Shown in pieces: positions 35,070 to 47,800 of a stretch of DNA of 64,000 bases. The stretch is from Schizochytrium sp. TIO01 (lineage: Eukaryota; Protista; Bigyra: Labyrinthulomycetes). The DNA lies in the NCBI GenBank assembly GCA_004764695.1, contig SMSO01000025.1, positions 4,070,862-4,134,861 on the forward strand, given 5' to 3'. How positions within the stretch are numbered: the first letter of the stretch is position 1; each line of letters begins with the position of its first letter. The position numbers and the translations under genes were made by a program. The notes below the pieces were generated by a model. The model was given only the letters and a program-made list of their open reading frames with translations. It had not been told where the DNA came from and did no database searches.

Positions 35070-36258
35070 ATGAGTGTTGGAAGAATGCTTCCAAAGAGGA
35101 TCAGGTTGGTATCACGAAAAGGCTGAAAGCTTCATGTTCACGGCATGACAAGTACCTAGTTTCTGGTAATAATACTATTCACGAACTCTACAAGCACGCT
35201 AGCACAAAGACATCACATCGCATGCGAAGAGGGACGAAGTGAGTGCAATGGTCATTTGTGAAGCTGGACTTGGAAGAATAAGGGGCACAACTGACTCAAA
35301 CTAAAGTCTTCTGCTGCTGCTGTTACCTACTACTGTTGAGAGACAGAGACGCATTGATCTGCCGCAAGCCAACATTTCGCATGGTTGTTCGTTTCATAAA
35401 GCCATAAGGGGGTTTCGGCGATTATCGGCATACGTTTTGATACCTGTTTAGTGAGCAAACAGTTCACTTGATCATAAATAACGCAGACGCTTTTAAAAAG
35501 AAGTGAAAAGAGATACATCTAAAATTATAGCGAGAGATGGAAATTGCTGGAATGGTCTCGACCGACGACTATAACGTATTAGTACGAAATCTAAATCAGA
35601 TTACCACTTCAGATTCACAAATTTGCACTAGCATTTTCTTTTAAATGTTTTAATTGAAGTAAATCTGCACAGAAATCAGCTGCGTCCATATGAAGAAGCA
35701 AATCTTATCTTACTCTTGTCCTGAGGAAAGCGGATAAGAACCCACGTTATAAATTCTTAAGGAGTTTTTCACCCTTGTGTGGTGTCTATTCTAATCTTCG
35801 ATGTGCGAGAAACAACGAAGAAGCACGGCCATGAACAAGACAAGCCTGGGAGGCTTGGTAGTGATAGCAAGTGAGTTGTTTTCTATCTTGAGCAGGCCGG
35901 TAGTGAAATATCGAACCGATGTGATTCGACGCAAGCGAGAAGACGAAATGTGATAAATTGAAATGATAACTTCAAATAAAGCATAGGGAGAAGACATGAC
36001 AGTTGAAGCACGTGTGGTGTCACGTATGACTGATGAACACACATTGCTCACATATAATGATTTAAAAAGAAAAGTTGGCGGTTAATTAGCGCTTTCATCC
36101 CGTTTCAACAAGATAGTAACACGCTGATGAGCCAATCGAGTTCGACTGCAGCAGCAGCAAACAAGATGAAAGTCCCACTCCCTCGTCGATACATTTTGTA
36201 TCTTGGAAAGAGAGTGAAAAAATTCGAAGGCCAACTTATTGTAGAAAAGTTGACACAC

Positions 36259-37591
36259 TTAGAGATCCTCAATATCAACAACAGAGCCTTCAGAACCCTT
36301 CGACTCCTCAAGTTGCTGTTTGTTCTGCTGCGGAATAACAGGCGCGTTAGCACCAGTCATTACCGGCCGCAAGTGCTTAGACGCACGCTCAACCGAAGGC
36401 ATAGGCTCGCTTGTAGGCTCCTCTGTCGGGAACCAAGGCGGAAGACGGAAGCCAGACTCGTTGCGCTTGGCCTCAATAACACGGCGCAAGTCGCTCGGGT
36501 AAGCCTTGAAGAAGTTGCGCTGCTCTGTTGCCCAGTTAGACAAAATGCGGTCTGCAACAGTGGAGCCAGTGTGGTGGAAATGAAGACGAAGGTCGTTGTG
36601 AAGTGTACGGAGATCTGCCGTATTGAGTTGAGTCAAAGAAACGAGCTCCGGGTTGACGCGCTGCTCAATTGCACCAGATGGGCTGTAAAAGTACGCGATA
36701 CCACCACTCATACCAGCACATGCATTGCGACCAACATCACCAAGAATAGTTACACGACCACCAGTCATGTACTCGAGGCAGTGATCACCAGCACCCTCCG
36801 CCACAACAATGGCGCCAGAGTTACGCACACAGAAACGTTCGCCGGCTGTACCGCGGACAAATCCGCGACCACGAGTAGCACCAAAGAAGCACGTGTTACC
36901 CACAATTACCTGTTCCTCGGCCTTAGCACGAGCCAAGAATGCCGAAGGCGGGCGCACGACCAAATGACCTCCCGAGAGACCCTTGCCAAAAAAGTCATTG
37001 GCATCACCAACAACCTCGATCAGCACACCGGGAGCCAAGAAAGCGCCTGCACTCTGACCTGCGGAGCCAGTCAGCACAATGCGAATTGTACCTTCGGGGA
37101 GACCATCAATACCGAAGCGACGAGATACCTCAAAGGAAAGCATAGTACCCACAGTACGGTTGATGTTGAAAACCTCAAGAGCAATTTGCACCGGGCGCAT
37201 CTTCTCGAGGGCAGGGCGAGCCTGGCGAATGATCTCCACATCAAGTGCCTTCTCCAAGTTGTGGTCCTGGGAAATGGTCTTCGTCATGAGGACTGGCTCG
37301 TCCGGAGCAACAAGGGAAAGAGGAGAGTTGCGAGCAATATCAGCAGCCGGAATAAGGATCTTGCTAAGGTCCATAAGCTGAGTCTTGTCGGAACGGGCGA
37401 TCACCTCAGGGTCAGCCTCAAGCATATCCGCACGGCCAATCATCTCAGCCACTGTGCGAACACCCATCTTCGCCATGTAGGTTCTTACCTCCTCAGCCAC
37501 CATGAACAAGAAGTTGATCACGTACTCCGGTTTGCCGAAAAACTTCTTGCGTAAAACGGGGTCCTGAGTTGCAATACCCACAGGGCAAGTA

Positions 37592-37624
<33 letters not shown>

Positions 37625-40600
37625 AAGGCGATGAGTGGGGCAGTGGCGAAAGCAACTTCCTCCGCACCAAGCAAGAACGCGATTGCCACGTCACGACCAG
37701 TCTTCATTTGACCATCAGTTTGCAAGGTAACACGAGACCGCAGGTTGTTCAACACCAAACTCTGATGCGTCTCAGCGATACCAAGCTCCCACGGAAGACC
37801 GGCGTGCTTAATACCAGTCCAAGCAGCAGCACCAGTGCCGCCATCACCGCCACTGACGACAATGTGGTCTGCCTTAGCCTTGGCCACACCAGCAGCAATG
37901 ACACCGACACCCACCTCGGACACGAGCTTGACAGAAATACGAGCACGCGGGTTCGAGTTTTTGAGATCGTGGATCAACTGTGCCAGATCCTCGATCGAGT
38001 AGATGTCGTGGTGGGGCGGCGGAGAGATGAGGCCAACACCCTCCGTGGAGTTACGGATTACAGCAATCTGGCCGAACACCTTCTTGCCAGGAAGCTCACC
38101 ACCTTCACCAGGCTTGGCACCCTGAGCCATCTTAATCTGAATCTCATCAGCATTGGCAAGGTATAGCGAAGTCACACCAAAACGGCCCGAGGCAACTTGC
38201 TTGATGGAACTACGCTTGCTTTCGCCATTAGGTCCAAGCCAAGTGAAACGTTCGGGATCCTCTCCACCTTCACCAGTGTTAGACTTGCCGCCGAGAAAGT
38301 TCATAGCCACAGCGAGGGCTTCGTGGGCTTCTTTAGAAATGGAGCCAAGACTCATGGCACCGGTTACGAAGCGCTTGACAATCTCAGACACGGGCTCAAC
38401 CTCCTCGAGAGGGATACCACCCGCGGGGTCCTCACGGAAGCGCAAGAGACCACGTAGAGTGCACTTTGCGGCCTGGTTGTTGGCATGCTTGGCGTAAGCA
38501 AAGTATTCCTCACGGTTGCGGTTACGTCCTGTGGCTTGAATACCTACGATGGTTTGCACATCGTTGTAGTGCTCCTCGCCACCGCTGCGAAAGTGAAATT
38601 CACCAGGGTTGAAGAGCAATGTTGGACTCGGGAGAGCATCAGGTGCGGCACGAGGCCATGCAAGCGCGTGCTGGCGAGCAATGTCGCGCTCAATAACATC
38701 GAGAGTAATACCACCGACACGAGAAGCTGTGCCACGGAAGCAGCGCTCGATGAGTTCTTCACCAATGCCTACAGCCTCAAAAATCTGAGCACTCTTGTAA
38801 GACTGGACCGTGGCAATACCAATCTTACCCAGAACCTTGCGGATGCCCTTGGAAAGGGCAACAATGTAGCGCTTCACAACGTCATCCATGCTACTGGCCT
38901 CGGAGACCTTGCCGTGGCGCCAGAGGTGGCCGAGTGCCTCGTATGCCATGTACGGGTAGATGGCATCGGCACCAAAGCCAATCAAGCAGCAAAAATGGTG
39001 TACCTCACGGCAGTCACCACCCTCGATCACAAGTGCAACGTTGGTACGCTCCTTAGTGCGCAAAAGGTGCTGGTGAATTGCTCCCAAGGCGATGAGACTT
39101 GGGATAGGAATTACATCAGGGCCAGCAGCGCGGTCTGTGATGAAGAGACAGGTGGCATGCTTGAGACGAATGGCCTCAGAAGCCTCCTTACAGATGCGCA
39201 CAAGAGCAGCATCGAGCGCACCGGGAGCCTGGCCGCTCTCGTAAGTGGCGTTGATGACAACCGTCTTCCAGTTGTTACGGCGAAGACGAAGCATGCATTC
39301 GGCCTCACGAGGACCAAGGATCGGGTTCTTGACCAAGAGGCGGCTGGCCTGGGTGGGCGTTACCTCAAGAATGTTTCCCATAGGGCCCACAGGGCACTCC
39401 ATGGCCATAACACATTCCTCACGGATAGAGTCCATGGGAGGGTTGGTCACCTGAGCAAAGAGCTGCTTAAAGTAGTCAAAGATAGAGCGCGATTTGTTAC
39501 TGAGACAGGCGAGCGGTGTATCCACACCCATAGAGCCGAGAGCTTCCTTCTTGGTCTTGACCATCGGTGGTAAGAGCATTGTGAGGGTCTCCACGCTGTA
39601 GCCAAACATGTTGAGCATGTTGTTGAGCTGTGACTCTGGAGATTCTGTAGACTCTTCTTCAAGCTGCACATCGTGGCGCGGAGCAAATGCGCGACGCGGG
39701 TACTGTACCGCGAGCTCATCAAGACGGAGCATATTCTCGCGAACCCACTTGGTGTATGGTTTTGCTGTTGCGACCTGGTGTTTGAGCTCAACGTCGCCAA
39801 CGATGCCTTCACGAGCAAAGTCTACAAGAAACATCTTACCAGGCTGAAGTCGGCCCTTGATGAGAACAGACTCCTCCGGGATGTGCGGGATCACGCCAAC
39901 CTCACTAGCTGCCACGACGACATCTTCTGTGACGTAGTAGCGGTGAGGACGGAGACCGTTACGGTCGAGTACGCAGCCAAGAAATCGGCCGTCTGCAAAG
40001 GCGATCATGGCGGGACCGTCCCAAGGTTCCATGAGGCACGAGTTGAACTCGTAGAAACCGCGCTTCTCCTCGGTAAGGTCTGGGTTGCTCTGCCAGGCCT
40101 CTGGCAACATCATCATGACGGCTTCGGGAAGGCTGCGAGGCGACGCTTTACAGAGGAGCTCCAGGCAGGCATCAAAGTTGCCACTGTCACTGTAGTCTTC
40201 AGAGCAGACTGGCTTGAGAAGGTCTGAGTCGTCTGCGGTGCGAAGGAGCGGTGAAACCATTTGACCTTCGCGGGCAAACATCATGTTCTTGTTGCCACGA
40301 AGCGTATTGATTTCACCATTGTGGCAGATGACGCGGTTCGGGTGAGCGCGATCCCAACTGGGAAAGGTGTTTGTGGAGAAACGTGAGTGCACCAGAGCAA
40401 AGTGGCTACCAAGATCACGATTCTGGAGATCTTTGTAGTACTCACGAACCTGCGAGGAGGTGAGCTGGCCCTTGTATACGATGGTAGCAGAAGAAAGCGA
40501 GCAGATGTACACGACATCGTGCTCGGAGGCTTGCAAGGCCTCGCGACGCACGCTCTGACACACGACGAAGAGCATGAGGTCGAACTGTTTCTGGTCCCAG

Positions 40601-41115
40601 CCTGCGGTGTTCTGTACAAAGAGCTGTTCAACCCATGGCTCGGTCTTGAGAGCGCTGCGGCCAATGGTGGAGTTGTCCACGGGGGCCTTGCGCCAGCCGA
40701 TGAGCTTGATGCCGCGACTCGCGAGGTGCTTCTCTACAATAGACTTGTACTTGTTGCGGAGCTCCTCCTCGTGCGAGAAGAAGATGTTGCCTACCGCAAA
40801 CTCGCCGACCTTGGGCAAGCTCACGCCGAACTCTTCCTTGGCTACCTTGTGGAAAAATGTCTTGGGCATGCCAATCATGATACCAGCACCATCTCCGCTG
40901 TTCTCTTCACAGCCACAGCCACCGCGATGGTCCATGTTGGTGAGCATGACAAGCGCATCCTGCACGAGCGTACTGCTCTGCTTGGACTTAAAGTTCGCGA
41001 TGAAACCCACACCACAGGCATCGCGCTCTTGGTCGCTCTTGTACAAGCCGGTATCTGAGGGCATCGCGCTAAATCCGCGGAAGCGCTCCGCCTCAGCATT
41101 GAATTTGGACTCCAT
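36259..41115 (-). CDS. gltB: Glutamate synthase alpha (large) subunit: class II amidotransferase, FMN and 3Fe-4S domains
   Basis: Propeptide then ERDA|CGVGF (N-terminal nucleophile Cys), HSRFSTNT, HNGEINT, KQVASGRFGVT, QGAKPGEGG, CIMMRKCHLNTCPVG, GXGXG domain. Ends VVDIEDL-stop. Confidence 0.98.
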
Positions 41116-41439
41116 TTTGGATTGTCAACCAGCCAAGGATATCGTGGTTCCGCTTTAAATTCTGCTTTCCTCGACCGCGATGATTTCCTCCCGCGGTGAT
41201 CTCTTTGTGATGTTCCTTCTTAGAATTAGATTAGACACAGAGAGAGAGAGAGAGAGACCTCGACACCGCCGAGGACGAGCGAGACTCGCGAGTTCTCGCA
41301 CTCGAGGCAAGCGGGCACAGCAAGCAAACGAGCGACCCGAGGTCTGCCCGAACGAAGAGCCGCGAGCCGCGACCGATGTGCCTTGGCGGCGTTGGGTTTG
41401 CGCCTGTCTGGAATTAGGTGATTGATTCATCCCTCAGAG

Positions 41440-41455
41440 ATCAATCTATCAATCT

Positions 41456-41487
<32 letters not shown>

Positions 41488-41517
41488 CTCATTCATTCTT
41501 TCATTCTTTCATTCTTT
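41440..41517. repeat. (ATCA)n/(TTCA)n microsatellite upstream of gltB
   Basis: Directly visible. Confidence 0.85.
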
Positions 41518-42235
41518 CAATTGCATTGCACTTCAAAACTATTCCTGAAAAGACAATCGCTTATTTCATTTCTTCCCTCTTCTTCCCTTTCCTTTCCTTT
41601 CCTTTTCTTTTCTTTTCTCCCCCATCTAAACGAATGAAATTAAAACTCGAATTTGTTATTAGTAGCTTCTCTTTTTTCTTTTCTTTTCCTTGAAAGAAAA
41701 GAAAAGTATTTACGCGGATGGGGTTCCGCGGATACCACTATGCCCTCCTACTAATAGGCTAGGGAAATCACACATGTAGTTCCCTGCGTCGATTTGAGGA
41801 GCAAATTGTTTCTGCCTAAGAAACACCCGAATTGAGAGGACATTGCTCTTCTGATGCAAAAACCTACGAAACGAAAGCATGAAAAAAAACAAAAAACAAA
41901 AAACACTTGTTTAAATTAAAAAGAATGAAATTAAAAAGTTCTGTTATTCTCCAGTCAAAGAAAAGGCGACAACATTGCCAATTCCCTGTTGAGGAAAGGT
42001 CGAAGCTCGGGATAGATATATAATTGGTAGGGCCAAGGTCCTTTCCTCCCCGTCCTTTGACCCATTCGCAGTCAGTCAATCAATCAAATTCACTCTGGCA
42101 AAGCAGCCAATGAGTAAAATGATTACGTGCAGTCTCGCGAGGCTAGAAATAACTTGAGGTCCTTTTTGCAGAAAATAATCCCAGAAAACCCATCAACTTC
42201 GCTCCGCCCTTATTAGCGCATCAAACCGAAAAGCT

Positions 42236-42376
42236 CTTTTTCTTTTTCCTTTTCCTTTTCCTTTTCCTTTTCCTTTTCCTTTTCTTTTTCTTTTCCGTCT
42301 GCTGTTCCGGGGAGTAAAAGGGAGGAAGGAAAGGCAGAAAGGAAAGGAAAGAAAAGGAAAGGAAAGGAAAGGAAAA
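42236..42376. repeat. (TTTTCC)n tract followed by a complementary (GGAAA)n tract
   Basis: Pyrimidine tract at 42236-42296 and purine tract at ~42316-42376. Confidence 0.85.
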
Positions 42377-44850
42377 CCTGAAGTAAATCAGCCCTCACGA
42401 ATTCTGACAGACACAGTTATCACTGCCTTCGCTCCTCTCTCTGTGTCTTCAGGGCACTCAAGGGTGAGAGAGAGTATCACAATGGGTAGGTAGGCGCTAG
42501 TGGCCAAACGAGAAGAAGGGCGCTATAAAGAGAGCACAGCAGAATCGGAGTGAGTGATGGAAATCGCAACAACTATTCTGGCGACCTTTTTCTTCCTTTT
42601 GATTAACAAATAAAATAAAACATAAAACATAAAACATACTTTTTTTTAAATAAAAAAAAATAAAAAATAAATAAAAATACTAACAAGAGTGACTTTTTCT
42701 TTTCTTTTCTTTTCTTTTCTACTTTTGGTATTTGTTTCATTGACATCACAGATCCTCTTTATTTTGCGCGCGAAAACAGAATTGTCGCTTTCCGCCCTTT
42801 CGGGCTTTCCCCCCTAAACCCTGTCCCCACCACTGTGACATCATCCCTCCTAAAATTATTTTATCACTTAGTGATCCTCTTGAATTGTGTCCCCTTCTCC
42901 CCCAGAGGCGTCAAGCCACCCTTGATGTACCCTACCAAAGTGGCAGCGAGCAGTCCACGCGCCTCTCTGTTAAGAGGAGATCTACTCCAGTGGGGCGTGA
43001 GTGTGAAGTCCTCTGTGGTGACACATGTAGCCTGAGCCAGGGTGCTTCGTGGCTCGAGAGGGGGGTACATTGCGAGTTTATATCTTGCCCCTTGAGTGCT
43101 GTGCGCTGTGCTTTCGTTCGTTTCTCCACTTTCACGAGAGATTTCACGCCACGAGTTGCTTCTGCAATTCCTTGCGGAGTCAGGATTACATCGCCTGAGC
43201 AGAGGCATGTGGCTCAGGAAGTACACGTCAGCCCCAAGAACCTCCGCCTTGGCGATGTCGGCGTGGTGCTCGTCTTTTCTCTTCTCGCGAGCGGAGATTT
43301 TGCATGCCATGGCATTGCAATCAATCATTAGATTGCGCTGCAAATGTGGCGGCAATTATTGATAATTGCTGTGTTTTACTCGCTGGGAATGGATCCGGAA
43401 AGCTCACGGAGCCTGAACTTCGAATTGCGGCACACAATAAATCGAAGCGTACGTGTCAAATCGCCATGGCGAACCGAGCTCTGGAAAAGGACATGTCATT
43501 GAAGAAGAAGAAGAAGAAAAAGCTTGTAGAGCTTTTTCGGAGAATCGTGAGCAAACTCGAGCCGCAACTTCTTCTTCTCTCGCTGGAAACGAAGCAATGC
43601 GAGTCACGGCGAGTCAGTAGGTAGGTAAGCAATATTAAGCAATACTAGGGGGAGCTAGCTAACTAGTGCTTTTGGGAGCGTCTGGAAGTGAGACTGGTTG
43701 CTGCCAGATGTAATTCAGAAGAATTGCAAAATTATACTTCTGCCATGCAAAGAACTACCAACAAGTCAACGAAAGAAGAAGGCAGCGACCTACAGATGAT
43801 CTACCTATGTCTGAAAGTTGGCTACAAGGAATCGGAATCACGAAGTTCAACTTAACGCAGTCCTCAAGTTAGTTCATGCTTATGTACACCCTGCATTTGC
43901 CATTTGTCCGAGCCGTATTTTGCTCGCGATTTATCGTAGTCTCCCACGCTGAGAAAGCGATTGAAACCTCAATGGGACCGAACAAGTATTCTTTTCTTTC
44001 TTGTAATACATTGGGATGAATGGTGACGCGTGCTTCCATCTCTTTCACCTTACATCCAGAGAACTGGCCTTGTCCGACAGTATCGATGAGTCTTACTTAG
44101 CAGCAAAATTGCAGCGGCAGTCGTCTTCAAGTATGCTTGATCAGCTGATCGCAATCACTGCGTACCTTCTATGTCTCCCTTGAACCTTGATGTTCAAGGA
44201 TTCATGTGAGGAAGGATGATCGCTACCAAGGTGCTTCAAGTTGTAAGTCTCGCGATGGACCTACAGGAAGTGACATAATTCTTGCGAGCATCGTGTTCAG
44301 TGTCAGGTACAACAGCAGAGAGGCAGTGCTGAAGAGTTTAGTGCTGCTCAGAGTGTTAGCCACGTTGATTTGTCGGAGAATGGAATTGCTGTAGGATTTT
44401 GCCGGCCAATCCAGTGAATCTCTTGGAGACGATGAAGGTTCCGTTGCGATGGCTACAGTTTGCAATATACTATTATGTTTCGCTCAGCATGTGAAGAAGA
44501 TATGGAAAAAGCCCCTGCTTCAGGTCAACTTTGAGGGCTGAACTTCTTATTTCTAGTTTATGCGTGGTTGGAGTTTTTGTTCGAACAATGATGCCAGGGT
44601 ACAACACTTCAAAAAGTCATACCAATGAGTTTCACTTACGAAGTTAACTTTTATCCTCGATTTAAGGAACTGATAGGAATACCTCTACCAGTGAGAGCGC
44701 AAAAAAATTATAAATTTAGAAAACAAGGTTAATTTCATTTTTTCGTGGGTAAACTATGTTTAACAGAATTGTGTTGCTCACTTTAGCCTGGCTGGCACCC
44801 GAAAACTAAGCACTACTACTGCCTAGTAGTATGAAGATGTTGCAGGTGAT

Positions 44851-47800
44851 CTAAACACCATTAGATGCCCCCGCAGCAACACCATAATTGTTGCACAACT
44901 TTGAGTCGGCACCAAGCGCAATGAGCAGTGTGCGCACAGCTGAAGAAGCTAAATGCAAAGGCGTATCCCCTTGCAAGTTTTGTGCGTCAATGTCAACTCC
45001 TGCGCTTAGACATACATGGATTCCATCAATCCAATTCTCTTTTGCGGCTGCATGTAAGACAGTATTTCCAGCCGTGTCAGTTACACGGATATTGGCAGAG
45101 TCTCGACGAAAGATTTTTTCAAGGGCTTTTGCATCCCGCTCCCGAACGAAACGAAATATCTCCTTGCCGAGAATGGGAGCTCCGTAACGTTGCGTCCACT
45201 CTTCATCATCTTGATCACTTTCTTCTTCCTCCTCATCGTTGTCTGTTGCCTCCTCATCACTTGAATCTGTAGAAAGCTCGAGGTCTTGATCCTCAGACTG
45301 ATGTTGGCGAGGGCCGCCACGACTTTGCTGTTCTTCCCGAAATAATCTTGACATTTTCGTTTCCAACATCTCCACCGCGTCCTTAACACGCGCTCGCCGG
45401 TGAGCAAAATACACGCTTGTGGAATCTGAATCCTGAAAAATCTCCATGTCTGCTCGTGCAGCATCTACAAGACGCCACACTTCCTTTTCTGCGGGACTAC
45501 GTGGAAGCTGACGACGGCGACCTCGCCTTTGCAACTCAGACTCGACGGATTCAATAGCTTTTCGAGCCCATCGTAGTAACGCCGCAGTTTCTTCGGCGTC
45601 ATCGTCGTCATCACCATCATCAGCGTCATGTTTTCCTCCTTCGAGAGAACTATCATTTTGATTCCCATCGCTACGGCGAGAAAGGCTTGCTGCATCATGG
45701 TTCTCCCCATAGTCTATGCTATGCGGTGAGCTCAAAGAACCACCCCTTGTGCGGGTCAAGGGGTCCTGGACAAGGTTGAACTCCCATGTAGCACCTAAGC
45801 GTCGAAAGATAGCCGCTGCGGCTGAAGAATGGCTCCCGTTCATATTTTCTTGCAATGCGCGGCCGAGTAAGAGATGTGCTACACCGACGTTGTAAGACCA
45901 CATTCCATCAAATCGAGCTGCGTCAGCAACAGCACGACTCCAGTGGTCACACGCAACCTTTGTATCTCCAGCGCACTGTGCTTTAAAACCTCGCAAGATG
46001 TGTAATCTCGGCATAGCTCCTGGAAATAGAGCGCAAAGACCTTGCAATACCTGGACCGCAGTGTCAAGTTGATGCTGCTCCGGCATGCTATCCTGCTCGC
46101 AAGACTTCATAAGACTGACAAAGGTTTTGGGGATGGCAAGATACTGCTTCAAAAGAGCTAGGGTTTGTCGACCTTTCAGGCTCCGTTGCAAAAGAGCTTC
46201 GAATGAAGTTCCAGAGTTCGATTGCGATCTAAGAGCTGCTTCGTCATTGATCTGAAGCTTATCATCAACTACACAGGAATACGCCAAAGATGCTAAGCTC
46301 TGCTTCTTTATTGTTCGTAAGGCTGAGCGCATGTGTTCGTAAGAAGTCAAGCCAAGGAAGCATAAAACTTTAAAAAGGTCAGAATCTGTAGCCACCTCCT
46401 GCAGCCGTAACGGGCGGCACGCAGCGACTGTTACTTGGGAGTTCCCGGCTTGAAAAGGTGAAGCAGACATAAGGAGATCCTGTGTGTTATTCTTTGGATG
46501 TAATCTTGATTTCACCTTTGCTTTTGCCTTCTTCACCTTTTGACTCTCTTTTTTGAAGTATTGGATGCCATCCTGCGCACCTGATTCTAAACGAGAGTCC
46601 TCGTTTTGATGCCCAAACCGACCATGACTGTTGTGACGCTGTAATGTCTTGCGCAAAGGTCTCGGAGCTTGGTGGTGGGGCTCTTTCGATTGTTTGCGGC
46701 GACTCCGTCTCTTCAATGCAACTTCGGGGTTTCTTCCTGTATGAGAGGATGACAGCGAAGACGATGATTTGCGCAAGTTAAAGCCAGAGCTCCAATTTCG
46801 AGCATCTTGGAAATCGCATTCCTCAGAGGCTTTCTTGGGTGCAGCTAGCCGTGCAAAAAATGCATCAGCGCTCTGTGTCCGCCGCGGCTGAGGTTTGTCT
46901 AGGCTTGCATTTTTGTTTTCAGTTGATCGGGCAGTCTGGGATTCAGACACAATCGGCAGAAACCGAGAGCTGGGCAAATGATGGTCGATTTGAAGGGGAT
47001 CTGCAAGTAAAGTTTGTTGTAATGAGTCTGTATTGATCGAATCAAGGTTTTTTTCCTCTTCAAGTTCCAATCGTGTCGCTGTAAGACGCTGGTAAATTTC
47101 ATAGCATGTCGAACAGACTGCAACTGTTTTGTGATAGTTTGAAAGTTTTTTTGGATCTGCAAAGCTGTATTGCCGACCATGGTTTCCAGAGTCCGGCTCG
47201 CTCCATGCGAGGGATGACCAATGGCGAGGGATTGTAGGCAAGCCTTGCGAAGCTGACAGAGGCCCTGCGAGAGCCACGAGGCAAGTTGCCTTTTCCACAC
47301 GATGATCTATAGAATCGCTAACAACAAGTGCCCAGGGTCGAACACTAGAGGCCCAGTCTGGACAGATCATTGGGAAATGTAATCTCAAAGTTCCAGCATT
47401 TCGACAACCACGCGCTAAAGGCATTCGGGTTTCACCATCGTAAGATACAAGCGAGATATCAACAAATGCAACAGGCCCTGTCCACTCCCACTCCAGAGTA
47501 AATGATGCATCCTGTGGAATCACTGGTACTCCCCTGCTACGGTCGAGATCGCGCGGCAAATCAACTCTTGTAATGGCTCGAAGTCGTGAGATAGAAGCAC
47601 GTTGTCGGAGAGTGTATACACGAAGCAAGGGGTCCATTGACTGTAATGTGTGTGGCTCTTCCGCATGCAAGACTGCTCGGTAAGCAATTTTATGCATGTC
47701 ATCACTAGGCCTAATTTGCTTGCCAGCCAAGAGCGAGGGGTCGTCTTCATCCTCCCGTGTTTTACTATGATCACTGGATGTTGCAAAACCATTTGAGGAG

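Noticed and set aside
28847-36258. Single giant intron joining gltB and gltD
   Set aside because: gltB has a stop right after DIEDL and gltD has its own ATG plus a second DIEDL. Candidate donors and acceptors seen by eye are out of phase or weak. Not formally excluded without RNA data.
36127-41158. Long + strand ORFs (475, 362, 223 aa etc.) over gltB
   Set aside because: Antisense shadows of a codon-biased, highly conserved gene; no motifs of their own.
42835-44465. Cluster of short ORFs, including one LRR-like HVDLSENGI string
   Set aside because: A single weak motif among frequent stops; insufficient for a pseudogene call.
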